Part shown: piece after piece, positions 8,686 to 20,416 of the stretch
How positions within the stretch are numbered: position 1 is the first letter of the stretch
How the letters are laid out: each line of letters starts with the position of its first letter
Virus record (IMG/VR): IMGVR_UViG_2595698668_000001
Coordinates: 32,001 to 96,000 of that record
DNA: 64,000 bases
DNA from: a virus
Taxonomy: Duplodnaviria; Caudoviricetes
Strand: one strand, 5' to 3'
Made by a program: the position numbers and the translations under genes
The notes under the pieces: generated by a model
Databases searched by the model: none
What the model was told of the DNA's origin: nothing
What the model saw: the letters and a program-made list of their open reading frames with translations, nothing else

Positions 8686-9285
8686 TTACTTGCTCAGGGA
8701 GTCAATGTAATCTTGTACTTCGATATCACTTACTTGAGTGACCTTATCACCGGTAAAGGTGTTAACTCGGGTAAGAACTTCGCTCACATCGATATCAACC
8801 AGTGCTGCGGCTTCTACCACATCTTCTGCGGAAGCAACACCAAGCTCATTTGCAGCCTTAGTTTCACGGATGAATTCCAGTTTTACTTGGAGGTCGTTGA
8901 GTTGATCATTGAGGCGGACGGTAGCAACCTCGATCTCGGAGCGCATACCAACAAACTCATCTGCTTTCTTGGTGAGGGCCTCAGAAGTCCGACGATACAG
9001 GATACCCAGCTTACCGTGACTTTCCACATTAACCCCTTTCTTGAGAAGACCACGAATCTCGTTTTCTTTCTTAACTGCGAGATTGGTTTTCTCTTCTGCC
9101 AGACTACGGAGCCGTTTTTCTTCTTTGATAGACTTGACGTGTGCAGTACGGAGACGGGTGATTTCGTTGATAATCCGTTCCGCTGCCCCAGTATACTGAT
9201 CTTCGACTGTAACGTTTTTGGTGGTGAAGGTCAGGATTTTAGCGGTGATAAATGCCCAGATTTGTTTCAGAGTTTTCATTTTCAT
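8686..9285 (-). CDS. PspA/IM30-like coiled-coil protein
   Basis: 199 aa, all-helical; amphipathic N-terminus (LKQIWAFITAKI), long heptad coiled coil and C-terminal DIEVQDYIDSL tail. Confidence 0.55.
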   Translation of the reverse strand: MKMKTLKQIWAFITAKILTFTTKNVTVEDQYTGAAERIINEITRLRTAHVKSIKEEKRLRSLAEEKTNLAVKKENEIRGLLKKGVNVESHGKLGILYRRTSEALTKKADEFVGMRSEIEVATVRLNDQLNDLQVKLEFIRETKAANELGVASAEDVVEAAALVDIDVSEVLTRVNTFTGDKVTQVSDIEVQDYIDSLSK

Positions 9286-9586
9286 TTCCTTTTTATTGAG
9301 AATTGTTTAACTATTTTAGTTCAAAGCGACAATCGATACTACAGTGTGAGTTTCAGGTCCAAACTCAAACCCACAAGAATGTTCCGATGAGTATGAGAAT
9401 TCAAGAGTTCCTGTATCAAGAACTTTTTCTGCGGATTGTATAGTATCAAATACTATAATCCGAGAGTCGTTATGGAAATCATTATGAGGAACTATTTCTA
9501 CCTCTGTATCGCCATCATAACTCCAAACTTCTTTAGTAAAACGAATCGGTTTACGAGAAAGTTTTTCAATAATAACCCACATAATC

Positions 9587-10273
9587 TTACCATCCTTCCA
9601 TTGGGAACTCAAGATAAACTTGTGCGTTCCGACGAATTTCATTACTGATCTTCTTTACTCTGTCTGTATTACGGGATACACGACCAAACCAGCGCCAACC
9701 GTTACCAATTGTCTTTGACCCAGTGTGCCATGTTTGCCAATCAAACTGCAACAACGTCCGGTCAGGAGCAGTATGCAACACCAGTTCGCCATTGTCAATC
9801 TTTTCCAAAACTTCTTTGTGCCATTGACGGTAAATGAGTTCTCCATCTGGAACTTGACTAAACTCGGCTTCACCTACTGCAAAATGAGTAGGGCAGATAT
9901 CACCATTAACCAAACCAAGGATATGATCAGACAGATAACGAGGGTTGTCATAGTCGGGTTGCCCTGCTGTGATGAAATGCTGACCTACCGGGATGTCTGG
10001 ACGCGGAACGTCATCATGATGATAGCCGGGGATTGCGGGATACCAACCGGGCATAAGCATGTGTACACGAGAGTCAAACACAACATCCCCATATTGCCAT
10101 TCTTCCGGTAGATTGGCGATGAAACTCCTAGTTATAGGACCACCATGATTTATAGCAAAAGCCAAATCGCAGTTGAAGAACATAGGTTCGTTCTTGATTT
10201 CGTCATTTGATACATGTTGAGCGAACTGTCCGAGATTCTGGAACTTGGAATTAAAAATCTTTTTGCTATTCAT
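9587..10273 (-). CDS. 2OG-Fe(II) oxygenase-like protein
   Basis: PGYHHD (H-x-D), distal WH and R-W-F-G-R motifs typical of double-stranded beta-helix dioxygenases. Confidence 0.6.
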   Translation of the reverse strand: MNSKKIFNSKFQNLGQFAQHVSNDEIKNEPMFFNCDLAFAINHGGPITRSFIANLPEEWQYGDVVFDSRVHMLMPGWYPAIPGYHHDDVPRPDIPVGQHFITAGQPDYDNPRYLSDHILGLVNGDICPTHFAVGEAEFSQVPDGELIYRQWHKEVLEKIDNGELVLHTAPDRTLLQFDWQTWHTGSKTIGNGWRWFGRVSRNTDRVKKISNEIRRNAQVYLEFPMEGW

Positions 10274-10516
10274 AATTAATCCTTATTGAAATAATCATCG
10301 GCGCTATCGGAAGTCAGTGGGTCATGTTCGCTAGTATCATATAACTCAACATTTACTTTGGTAGAGATACTACTACAATTGTCTCGGTGTTCTAAACTAA
10401 CCCACAAAGATATGTTCTCTTTGATGTAACGAATCAAATACTCTTGATTTTGCTCAACCCACTGTTCATAAGTCATTTTAGTATCCATGGTTATCTCCTT
10501 TTGTTTCGACAAGAAG

Positions 10517-10545
10517 AGTATCCCATTTCTGAGATACCCAGTCAA
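10517..10545 (-). promoter_or_regulatory. Early sigma70-like promoter
   Basis: TTGACT-N17-GATACT; AGGAG RBS and ATG at 10488 downstream. Confidence 0.7.
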
Positions 10546-11593
10546 CAATTATTTTGAAAAAGATTTGTGAATAGCTACAGCTTCCCATACCTTATTAAAT
10601 GCATCTTCAAATGCATCATTTTCAGCGTATTTCCTGTCGTATTTTTCTGGATCTAATCCACCAGAATTGACACCATGAAAAACTAAACCGTTTTTTAATG
10701 TAATTATACAGAATAGATATCTGTTATGCTTTTCAACAATACCATCCACTCCATATACACCATTTGTGTTATCAATACCCTGTTTTGCGGTAAACCAAAA
10801 AACAGTACTGATATAACTTCCTACTTCTTCTTTGCTTATTTTCATTTATCCGATCCAATCTATGAGTATAAAAAGACTCTTGGTTGTGTACACATATTCA
10901 CTAACGAAACAACCTTCTGCATACCAGATCTTTTCTCCGTTGGAGATGACCATACCTCGTTTTATCGGTTCCTCGTTGAAAGAGAACATATTAAACATAT
11001 TCTCCCAATCTTGACAATGAACGACCCAAGGTTTGATGTACCTGTATTGCCCTAGAATAAACCCGTCTCTGGTTTTTACTCCACCTCGCATTTCAAATAG
11101 ATCGTCTGGGGATTCATCTGATTGTACCATGAAAACACTAGGGCCAATTTTTACATCGAATTTCATTCTTTCTTACCTGCAACCATAAGCAAAATTCCAG
11201 AAATAACCGGACTGAACACGATAGAACCAACCATCCAAAGAGCCCAATTCCTATTCCACATATGAGCCCCAATTGAAACAAGAGCACATAAAGCAACATA
11301 CAACCCGTCGTTGATGATAAATTCCATTATACTTTTACCCCAGTTAGAACCACAATTTCATATTCATCCAGAGAGAAATCAACGTCCGGATCTGAATAAA
11401 ATGTATTGATCCCTCTTTTAATTTCTCCCCTTTCGAGAATACGCTTGACATCCATATAAGCCAATAGACACCAAACGTTGTTAGAGAATTCCGGTTCTGT
11501 TAGACAATAGTCTGTTTCTCCATCTATATGGCTGGTGAAAACTTCCCAGCCTACAAACTTCCCAGTTTCTTTATGTGCAAGTGCAAACATATC

Positions 11594-12253
11594 TTAACCC
11601 TCGTTTTTGTAACGACCATAGTATAATATCTCAGCTTCTTTCCGTTTTAGGATGGCTTCTGATTCATCAGAACCATAATAAAGTTGGATACATTTTTTGT
11701 CAACATATATGTAAGATATCCATACACCTCGGTCTTTCCTATACTTAACTCCTGATATCCCAGACTTACAATCCTCCCTAACTTTTTGATCAAAAGATTG
11801 CATTTCGTCACTAGTCCATTCGCATGTATCTTTACTGTAAATGTTACTTGAGTTTATCCGGTTTATAGAAGTACCATCCGGCCTGATTCCCATGTCTTCG
11901 ACGAAGTGTCTAAAACCTTCACCTCCCCGAGAGAGCCACCGTTCGCATACTGTTATTCCTACAGCACCATATTTGTAATACGAGTCATTATTCTCGTTAG
12001 TACACCTACTTACCATAGCATTGTACGATGAATATGTGTATTTGTCTATTATGAATTTATTATATCGTTTACAACCACAAGATTTCGTCTTTCCGTCTTT
12101 AACCCGTGAGTGTGTCGTTTCAAACTCGTTTCCACAATGACACCTACATAACCATAATGTAGGTTTTCCTGTTTCTTTTCTTATTACACGAATGAAGGTT
12201 ATCCCATTGATAACCTTCCCAGACATATCTATTAATTTCCTTCCCAATCTCAA
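11594..12253 (-). CDS. HNH/AP2-type homing endonuclease-like protein
   Basis: WLCRCHCG..SCGC, YYKYGAVGITVCERW, RPDGTSINRI and C-terminal AP2-like SGISGV..W motifs. Confidence 0.8.
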   Translation of the reverse strand: MRLGRKLIDMSGKVINGITFIRVIRKETGKPTLWLCRCHCGNEFETTHSRVKDGKTKSCGCKRYNKFIIDKYTYSSYNAMVSRCTNENNDSYYKYGAVGITVCERWLSRGGEGFRHFVEDMGIRPDGTSINRINSSNIYSKDTCEWTSDEMQSFDQKVREDCKSGISGVKYRKDRGVWISYIYVDKKCIQLYYGSDESEAILKRKEAEILYYGRYKNEG

Positions 12254-13158
12254 CTCCCAAAAGGTTTGATCAAATGTTGATTTTTCAGGAAAAGTTGGAC
12301 GTAATTTTTACCATTATGTGTCTGATCGTTGTATATATCTACCACCAGATTATGATTTTCGTATGCAAATTCCCTAAACCACCCAGATGTAATAGAAGTA
12401 CAAACCTTTTCCAATGCCATCATAAAAGCTTTGGCTGGATGAACCTTACCCGGAAATGGTACTATACACCGTTCTAGTGCCAGAACACAAGCTTCTTCAT
12501 ACACACCAAGAAGTTTAAGACGCATATCACACTGTTCAAACTTCGTTTTTGATGTCATCACTTCTTCACCATCAACCATGTATGACAAGTAAGCGGGTCG
12601 TTCTCCAACAGCAATAGCTTGGTGAACTGTGTCATGGTCCATAGTGTAAAAATCATCGGTAAAGAAATCTTTCTTCCCTACATTAAGCTTCGGGTGTCCG
12701 TAAGTCAAGGATTCTTTTTCACGTTTCTTGAAGATCTCGAATTCTTTTTCATTCATCACCACACCAAAGTCACGAAGTTCGTGAATGGATTTCATGGTTT
12801 TGATGAAATTTCGAGTATTCTTTTTGAATCGATGGGACATCTTGATTGCCAGTAGAATACCGGGATTTGCTATCTTGATCTTACCATGCTCGTTATTCAT
12901 GTAGTTCGCAATCATCTCATCAGACGAACCCGGTTGAATGATATAAGCTTCATGGTAGCAACTACGACAATCCCCACGTTCAACAACAAAAGCCCGTACA
13001 TTTGGATTCTGTACGGCTACAGAGCGGCCTTGCATACGAGCTTGGTATTCACTCCACTCTTTTTCTGTTGCGATGAAATCATAATCCATATCTTTAGTTG
13101 GGGCCATACAATCAGCGTAAAAGCATTCCAACATAGCACGAGAACCAATCAAAATCAT
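12250..13158 (-). CDS. Pol-beta-superfamily nucleotidyltransferase-like protein
   Basis: Start reassigned to 13158 (GAGG RBS); LIGSRA...DMDYD (G-S and D-x-D) motif; C-terminal HPKLN...DHDTVH domain. Confidence 0.65.
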   Translation of the reverse strand: MILIGSRAMLECFYADCMAPTKDMDYDFIATEKEWSEYQARMQGRSVAVQNPNVRAFVVERGDCRSCYHEAYIIQPGSSDEMIANYMNNEHGKIKIANPGILLAIKMSHRFKKNTRNFIKTMKSIHELRDFGVVMNEKEFEIFKKREKESLTYGHPKLNVGKKDFFTDDFYTMDHDTVHQAIAVGERPAYLSYMVDGEEVMTSKTKFEQCDMRLKLLGVYEEACVLALERCIVPFPGKVHPAKAFMMALEKVCTSITSGWFREFAYENHNLVVDIYNDQTHNGKNYVQLFLKNQHLIKPFGS

Positions 13159-13204
13159 AATATTACCCTCAAAATTTATGGGGTCAATACGACCCCATTT
13201 AAAA

Positions 13205-13432
13205 TTAGCAACTACTTTCTTCCCAGTAGCTAGGCTCTGCATCAACGGATACGGTAAAGCCTTCCCCACCTTCACCATAACAAGAACTACTCAGCCAGTC
13301 ATTAAACACGATCTCATCAGAGTCGGTGTCTAGTTCTACACCATAATCATGTTGACCAGCAAGATCACGTACTTCTTTCAGGAGTACAGCCAGTTGTTTT
13401 GCTTTTTCTACCAGTTCATTACTACGAGACAT
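13205..13432 (-). CDS. Small acidic protein with W-x-S-S-S-C and terminal WEESSC motifs
   Basis: AAGGA RBS; motifs read directly from the translation. Confidence 0.8.
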   Translation of the reverse strand: MSRSNELVEKAKQLAVLLKEVRDLAGQHDYGVELDTDSDEIVFNDWLSSSCYGEGGEGFTVSVDAEPSYWEESSC

Positions 13433-13456
13433 TTTAGTTTTCCTTTTGTTTAAAAA

Positions 13457-13744
13457 TTAACACTGATCCGAAGAACTCATCCAATAACCATGACCGTCGC
13501 CATGACCGTAATCCTCGGCTTGTTCCAGTTCCCAATATTCATGACCGAACGGATAGTAAGTCCGACCACTTCCGTAATCCCCTACTGAGAATGATACAAC
13601 ACCAGCATCAGCGAATTTAGTTGCAACATCTTCCATCATTTCCGCCAGTTTAATAACTGTACTCACGGCTTGTTTTGCAGTCATATCGCCACTTGCGTGA
13701 GCCGCTTCAATTTTATCCATTTCTTCTTTGATTTTATCAAACAT
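13457..13744 (-). CDS. Small acidic protein ending WMSSSDQC
   Basis: AAGGA RBS; tail motif shared with 13205-13432. Confidence 0.8.
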   Translation of the reverse strand: MFDKIKEEMDKIEAAHASGDMTAKQAVSTVIKLAEMMEDVATKFADAGVVSFSVGDYGSGRTYYPFGHEYWELEQAEDYGHGDGHGYWMSSSDQC

Positions 13745-16700
13745 TTTTTAGTTTCCTTGATTTTAAAATTTATTCGTTGATGACAACAACAAGACGAGAG
13801 TAACTGCTATACATATCATTGGATTTAGACCAAGATACCCCATACCCATCTTTGACCAGACGTTCAACCAGTTCAGAACGGATCTCTGACGGGATGATCT
13901 CGTTGGGGATACTAACCGTTACGTTATAGTCATTTGTCTTTTTGAGAAGATATTCGTAAACGAAATTTAGTGCGTTTTGAATCAAAGCTTCTCGCTTCTC
14001 GGTGATCTTTTTGTGAATTTCAGAGCTTTTCATTACCATCGTTCCCTTTTGTTCAATCCAAATGCAATTGTGTTTTCTATAATGTTATATTGGCGATTTT
14101 CTGATTTGTGCTTGATTTCTTTCAATCGAGACACCAATTCTTTTTTCTCATCACGATTAAACTGGTCTTTATGTAAAATACCACGTTCATTCATCTCATG
14201 AATCAAGACATTCCCTTGGTGATACACCAACTTTATCTCATGTGGTTTAAATCGTCTTGGTAGATTTGGTTCCTCGATGTCAAAAGTAAAAATCAAACCA
14301 TCTACATTATCTTTTCTTGACAAGTTCCATGTAAAAGGGTCGTTATCAATCACCTCGATAATCTTTTTTGCCAACGGTCTGATGTTTGGGATGTGTTTCT
14401 TTAACAACCAAAACATATCACATCACCTCTGGTTGTGTAAATACCGCTCGATATTTCTGTTGAAGACTACGAACTGATACAATCATTGGGGTTTCTGTGT
14501 TACTTTTGAAATCTTTTACCATCAAAGAACCCATACCACCACGAGACATAACAACCCCTTTTTGGAAATGTTCCCCGACTACCCATCCTTTACCTTCAAG
14601 AACGTATACAAGTGCTTCGGAAAAAGTCATATCAAATTTCATCATAATATCCTTACTTTAGATCCGTTTCAAGAAAGTTTTTAAACGCTTCGTTTCTTTT
14701 ATTTTCCTCTACACGAGAAGACAAATTCCTCAAGGCAGTTATAATTCGTTCTCTTTCTCTTTCGTTGAAAACATCATGAACTTTACCATCATCATCATCA
14801 TCATCATACATAATTGAGATTGGAATGTAAATACCCCACACCAATTTTACACCGTCTCCAATAACAAAAGTTGATGCGGATCTGTCTATGTGTTCACGTC
14901 TCAGATCGTCACAACTATCAATGATCTCAATAATCTTATCTACTTTTCCTTGAAGTGGGGTAGGTGTAGAAGGATTAACAACATCCCAATATTGAGGCTG
15001 TTTTTCTGAATTCAAAAGATTAAAAATCCAACCCCAAAATTTACCTTTACCTTGCATATCACTATACCTCTTCAAAAATTTTCAGGTCCGATACAAACTT
15101 GATGTGTTTGTTATCAAGAAGATACTGACCAATCCCCTTTTCGGCTGCATACTTGTCTACCGCACGATACTCTCGGGTTTCGTCGTACACTTGATCGTCT
15201 TGACCAACATAAACAACTTTAAACATATATTCTTTCATATCTATTCTCCCTTGTTTTGATACAGGTATATTCTCATGATTTGAATTTAAAGTCAACTGAT
15301 GTATCCAAACTTTTTCAGTAATTTAAAAACAGGTTCATCTCCCACCTTCGGGTTGCGCCAACATTCATCACCACGGACCCACACACGGGGCAAATGAAGA
15401 ACGGGATCGATGATTTCACCATGATATAGAGTTACCAATACCAATGATTTATCTACCTTAATCGAGTTGTCCAAAGATAAGGCGGCGATGCCGAATTTTT
15501 CTTCGAAATCAAACACATCGCCCATATTTTCAGAAACAACATAATATTTCCAACCAATGTTTTTCATATCATTCTCCACAAAACAAATCCTATATCACAT
15601 AGGATACAGGATTTTCATTTAGAGTCAATCAATTTTTGGGTATTTTGGTACTGTTTTTTCCACCCATTCACATTGATAAACCTTTTCGGTTTTCACATCA
15701 TATTCTTCTGGGATTAGTTCTTTTCCGAACGAGACCCATAACATGACCCACAGAACATACCCAACAACTTGATACCCAGACGCCCCTTTATTAAAGAAAA
15801 CCTGTCGGATTGCCAAAACAAACAATGGAAGAAAAAACCCAACACAAATAATACCGATTGCCCACCACATACGAACTTCTAAGATTGGATCCATCATGAA
15901 AGTGCTTCCTCTTTTGTAATAATAGTAAGTTCTCTGTCTCGGAAATCCCAGTTGTTTCCATTAACGCTACGGATCTCTGTATTTCTAGCTGCGTAAGCAG
16001 ATCCTTCCCCATGCCCACCACCAAATGTGGTAACTTCGGTTGTTACTTTAAATTTCTGACCATCATCGTTTTTTACATAAAATTCGTCTGGTAGTTCGAA
16101 CTGTTTTTCGCCAACCATTTTGACATAACTTGACGCCCAACCACCACCAGAAACATATACAACTTTAACACCAGAAAGATTTTTCTTCAAGATGTTACAA
16201 GTGTTTTCTAAAATTGTGATTAATTGTACTGTGTTTTCACAGAGCCCAACCATATCAGAAATCCGTGACTTCTGTTCTTCGAAAGTGATCATTTCATATC
16301 CTCAATACGAGATTTCAAAACCATCAACGCATCTTCTTGGTTCTTGAGGTCAATAGGACGATTGTGGTTGTTATACATATCCCATAAGATTTTACAGGAT
16401 TCCTCACTGAACACATTATCGAAGATCCTAGGACTTTCACTAATGTCGAAAAGAGATATAATTTTTTCTTCTTTATCGAAATGGATCTGAGTTAGACCGT
16501 CGATTTTCAAAACATTGTTCATAATCCAACTAATCTTACCATTGTTTTCTGCAAAGAACAACCACTTTACGATCTCGTTTTCAATATTTTTCATTCCGGA
16601 ACCACCCACTGAATTTCCAATTGAGAATAAAACTCGTTATTAAGGTCTACAATACACCATCCGTCAAGGGTATCCCAATATTCGATGTCATCTAGGTTGA

Positions 16701-17066
16701 TGCGCCATTTTTCCGACTCGATGCGTCCCTCACCATCAGTCCAAACCGCAATACAGTATCCCTCTCCGGGCATGATATTAGTTAGTTTCATATTAACCCC
16801 ACATTTCGTTGTATTTGATATATGCACATTCGATTATTTCGTCTTTGTGGAATGTTTCGTTTGGGTCAAATGATACCATGTCCACATTAACAGAAGTATC
16901 TGTGTTGTCTTTAAATGTAACAATAAATTTTGTTACATACTGGATTATACCGTTGTTGAAGATTATATTCTTTCCTTTGTCATTACAACCAGTGTCAATC
17001 CGAATTTCAACAATATCAGGTTTCTTCATTGCTATATCCTCAGAAAGTAAAAACCCTATACCAGCG

Positions 17067-17095
17067 ATGATATAGGGTTTTGGTTATACTGTCAA
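17067..17095 (-). promoter_or_regulatory. Early promoter overlapping a hairpin
   Basis: TTGACA-N17-TATCAT; the -10 lies within the inverted repeat 17050-17060/17071-17081. Confidence 0.6.
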
Positions 17096-17099
17096 TGGA

Positions 17100-18278
17100 T
17101 TATTTCCATTTAGTTGGGACAAATTCGTCCGGATACTTGATAATGACCGACATAATCTCTGGCATCACTTCCAGATCAGGCGCTTGAAACATCTTCATCA
17201 CGATGTTAAAGAACATTCGGTCTTGTTTGAATGTGTTCTGCATAGAGATTGCATATTCGCGCCGTTCCATTCCAGCACAAGCCTTATGGGCCTCTCGGAT
17301 CTTGGTATACGTTGAACCAGCAACACTAACCACATGGTCTTCAAATTCTTGGATTTTTGTTAGAGATAACGAATCATCCAAAAACAGTTGACGTAGGTCA
17401 TCAGACACACCTTGAGCAACTGCAATAACCAAATCCTTGTTGTTGGTAATAGAGTCTTTCAGTTTATGACGCGCTACATATGAGGTGGTCTTGATCTTAA
17501 CGCGGCTACCATCTCGCATAACCAGAATATAACCTTCGATTCCGGTTTCGTTGTACATGTTCGAAATTGCGGTATTAACATCTGTACCTTCTTCAAACAT
17601 GAACTGATCTACCGCGTACTTACGGAACACAGGAGAACGAATCAAACTATTATTTGAATAATATTCCCCAGTATCACGATGACGGACGTTCAGGATCTTG
17701 AGGCTTTCTTCTGGATACATAATAACAATCTGGTTCTTCGGAGAACACCATTCCAAATTCACGGTATAACCAGCTTCTTCGCAATCGATAATGAAGTCCA
17801 AAAGGTCTGTGTGGTTCACCAACCAACGATTCGCGTCATTTGCCTGATCACTATTAATTGAGGTCTTACTTTTCAGCATGTAGTTAATGCGATTGTCGTC
17901 TTCTGGGTCGATGAAGTGATAAGAACTCATCAAACTACCATCTGCTTTATCTTCATATCTATCGATATTAGAATAATCCAATTCCAGTTTATCGAGACCG
18001 ACGACACCGGAATTTGTTAGGTTCCATGCTTGGCGTTCTGCTAGGTTGAAAAACTTTTCCATGGGTCGAGACGCGATCCGGTATGGTTCACCGTTAATCA
18101 GCTCGAACATGATACCGCGACACTCTAGAGCATCTGGGAGCATCCATTGGGTTAGCCCTGCAATGTGATAGGAGAATACCCGAAAATGGTTTCCAATAGA
18201 AGACCAATGGTCACGAAAGAAGAAACAATCTCCATGTTCTTCGGTCAACTTCAAAAGGTTGTTATAAAGTTCTTTCAT
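17100..18278 (-). CDS. rnlA: RNA ligase 1
   Basis: ECRGIMF, PMEKFFN, KADGSL (motif I), EGYIL (motif IV) and KIKT (motif V) as in T4 Rnl1. Confidence 0.95.
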   Translation of the reverse strand: MKELYNNLLKLTEEHGDCFFFRDHWSSIGNHFRVFSYHIAGLTQWMLPDALECRGIMFELINGEPYRIASRPMEKFFNLAERQAWNLTNSGVVGLDKLELDYSNIDRYEDKADGSLMSSYHFIDPEDDNRINYMLKSKTSINSDQANDANRWLVNHTDLLDFIIDCEEAGYTVNLEWCSPKNQIVIMYPEESLKILNVRHRDTGEYYSNNSLIRSPVFRKYAVDQFMFEEGTDVNTAISNMYNETGIEGYILVMRDGSRVKIKTTSYVARHKLKDSITNNKDLVIAVAQGVSDDLRQLFLDDSLSLTKIQEFEDHVVSVAGSTYTKIREAHKACAGMERREYAISMQNTFKQDRMFFNIVMKMFQAPDLEVMPEIMSVIIKYPDEFVPTKWK

Positions 18279-19095
18279 TCAGTAATCCCCAAGTTGATAG
18301 TATTGAGATCTTTTAGTTCAGTTTCGGACAATTCGAATGTGACACATCCAACTTTTTTAGCTTGAGTTAAACGGGTCATGATATCGGCAGAACGAGCGAT
18401 AATAAGAGTGATAGTTTCTAAATGTTCTACATCTAGATTTGTCAAGTCAATTTTCATAGAGCATCCATAATAGTTTGGGTATCCATAGCCGCCAACAATT
18501 CAGATTCTCCGAAATGGGCTAGGATATCTTGAATGGTGAAGTAACTTAATACGTCAGAATCACCAAAATGGCTGATAAATTCAGATATGGAAATTGAATT
18601 CATTACTGGTTCTGGGTCTACCTGATCTAAAGTCAAGTAAATGTATGGGTCGTGTCCATATCCACCAGAAATTTCAACACCGCGAGCTTCTAATTCTACA
18701 TCAATTCTATTCATATTAAATCCAATCGTGGATCAGGTTATATTCTTCTTTTGTTAGAATAACCTGAGTTGCTTTCTTATTGAACCATGGGTAATAAATC
18801 CAAGTATACAAAGCAAATTGTTCATCTGTCATGATGTTTTCAAGATTGTCTGGATTTGTCAATTTTACATTTTTAAGGTCAATTACAATTTGCATTTAGA
18901 TATACCTTTCAATAATTTGTAGTTCTTCGATGTCTACCAATATAGTATCCACTAATGGAGACTTCAACGCAGTAACCAACTTCAACAGGACATATTTTTC
19001 GTCTGCGGTTGGTAGATCCCCTCGAATAGTACGCTGGACCCACTCAATTTTTGTGTTTTCCAAAACATATTCTAATTTAATTTCATACTTCATAT

Positions 19096-19317
19096 TTACA
19101 AATCCAACGCATGAACCCAAGAACCAATCAGATACACGGTTCCGGTTTCTGTTTTTACATAACGAACTTCCCCATCAATTTCAATCTTTTCTGTGATTGG
19201 TGAAGTTACAATACTATCCCCATTTTCAAACCGGGTCAGACAATCGTCATAGATAAGACCAGACAGACGGTTTCCGGGAACTGGGCGGACTTTAGAAAGT
19301 GTGGCGTGATGTTTCAT
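19096..19317 (-). CDS. Hypothetical protein (RFxxGxxIVTS...TGTVY family)
   Basis: Intact paralog of the frameshifted gene at 20417-20657. Confidence 0.7.
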   Translation of the reverse strand: MKHHATLSKVRPVPGNRLSGLIYDDCLTRFENGDSIVTSPITEKIEIDGEVRYVKTETGTVYLIGSWVHALDL

Positions 19318-19875
19318 CTCTTATTCCTCAAACGATTCCAGAAACTTGATAATATCAACACGGATCTCTTTTTGTAATGATAAAGTGGGGCTATACGGAT
19401 CAAAATCACAGAGGTCGTAATTTGTCTCTTTCCATGGGTATTCACAAGCCCATGAAAGCATACCTTTATTAATACCATCATTTACGTAAAAATGATATTT
19501 CCCTTCATAACAACGCACTTCCATTAGGTATTTGATGAATTCTTCTGGTGTGACTTTAAACCACTCCTTTACAATCCGTTCACGAGGGAAAGTAATCATA
19601 CCAATTTCTCCATATGTTCACGCATAAGTTCAAACCGACGTTTCATGTCTTCTTCTGTATTTTCGGGAAACCCGATAATGAATTTAATATCACCTCGTTC
19701 CCGAGCTTTCTTGATAATCATCCCCATGATATCAGACTTACCCATGTGATTTCCAAGAGAAGGGATATAGTCGATGACTTTTCCTAACGGTATACCACCT
19801 TTCGGGAAATGGTCAACTGGATACATAAACTGGACATCCATATCAGCGAAAAATTCTTTGTTCATAACAAATACC

Positions 19876-20196
19876 TCATATATCAAATAGTTTGTCTAGA
19901 GACGGTTCAAACAACTTGTTGGCCACATAAGATAGAATGTCGGCATGACACAGTTTAGGTTTACAACAACACCCTAAACGCTTACCTTCGAGTTCTTTGA
20001 AATCTTCACGAGTAAGGTTACCCGTTCTGATCTGTTCTGTCAACCAATTTTTATATTTATCTAAAACAACCTCTCGGTCTTCTTCTCGACGTAAGGGGAA
20101 AGGATTCCCCCACTTAGAAGGACGCATAACAACGACGTCGCAAGGTTCTTTATTCAGGTTTACTGCGCGACATCTATTCATCACGGTCGTGTTCAT
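19876..20196 (-). CDS. DUF4326-like protein
   Basis: RPSKWGNPF and LGCCCKPKLCHADIL motifs; start at ATG 20196. Confidence 0.85.
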   Translation of the reverse strand: MNTTVMNRCRAVNLNKEPCDVVVMRPSKWGNPFPLRREEDREVVLDKYKNWLTEQIRTGNLTREDFKELEGKRLGCCCKPKLCHADILSYVANKLFEPSLDKLFDI

Positions 20197-20416
20197 ATAT
20201 AGACATTGGCGCTTGTCCCCAACACCCAACAAATAGATAAACCAAAAGAAAGGTTACAATTAATATACATTTCATACGTCACTATTATCCTTCACTTCAC
20301 CAAACTCCAACGCACGTTTACAACGTTCTATCTGGTCTGGACGCATCAGCATAACAAGCCCAGTATCAGCCATTATAGATTTAATCGCTTCCCGAAGAAC
20401 TTTGATATGATATTCA

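Noticed and set aside
8656-9390. 244 aa plus-strand ORF
   Set aside because: Antisense to the PspA-like gene and begins inside a terminator hairpin
14788-14805. (ATC)n microsatellite
   Set aside because: Short in-frame poly-Asp codon run; no evidence of a functional repeat
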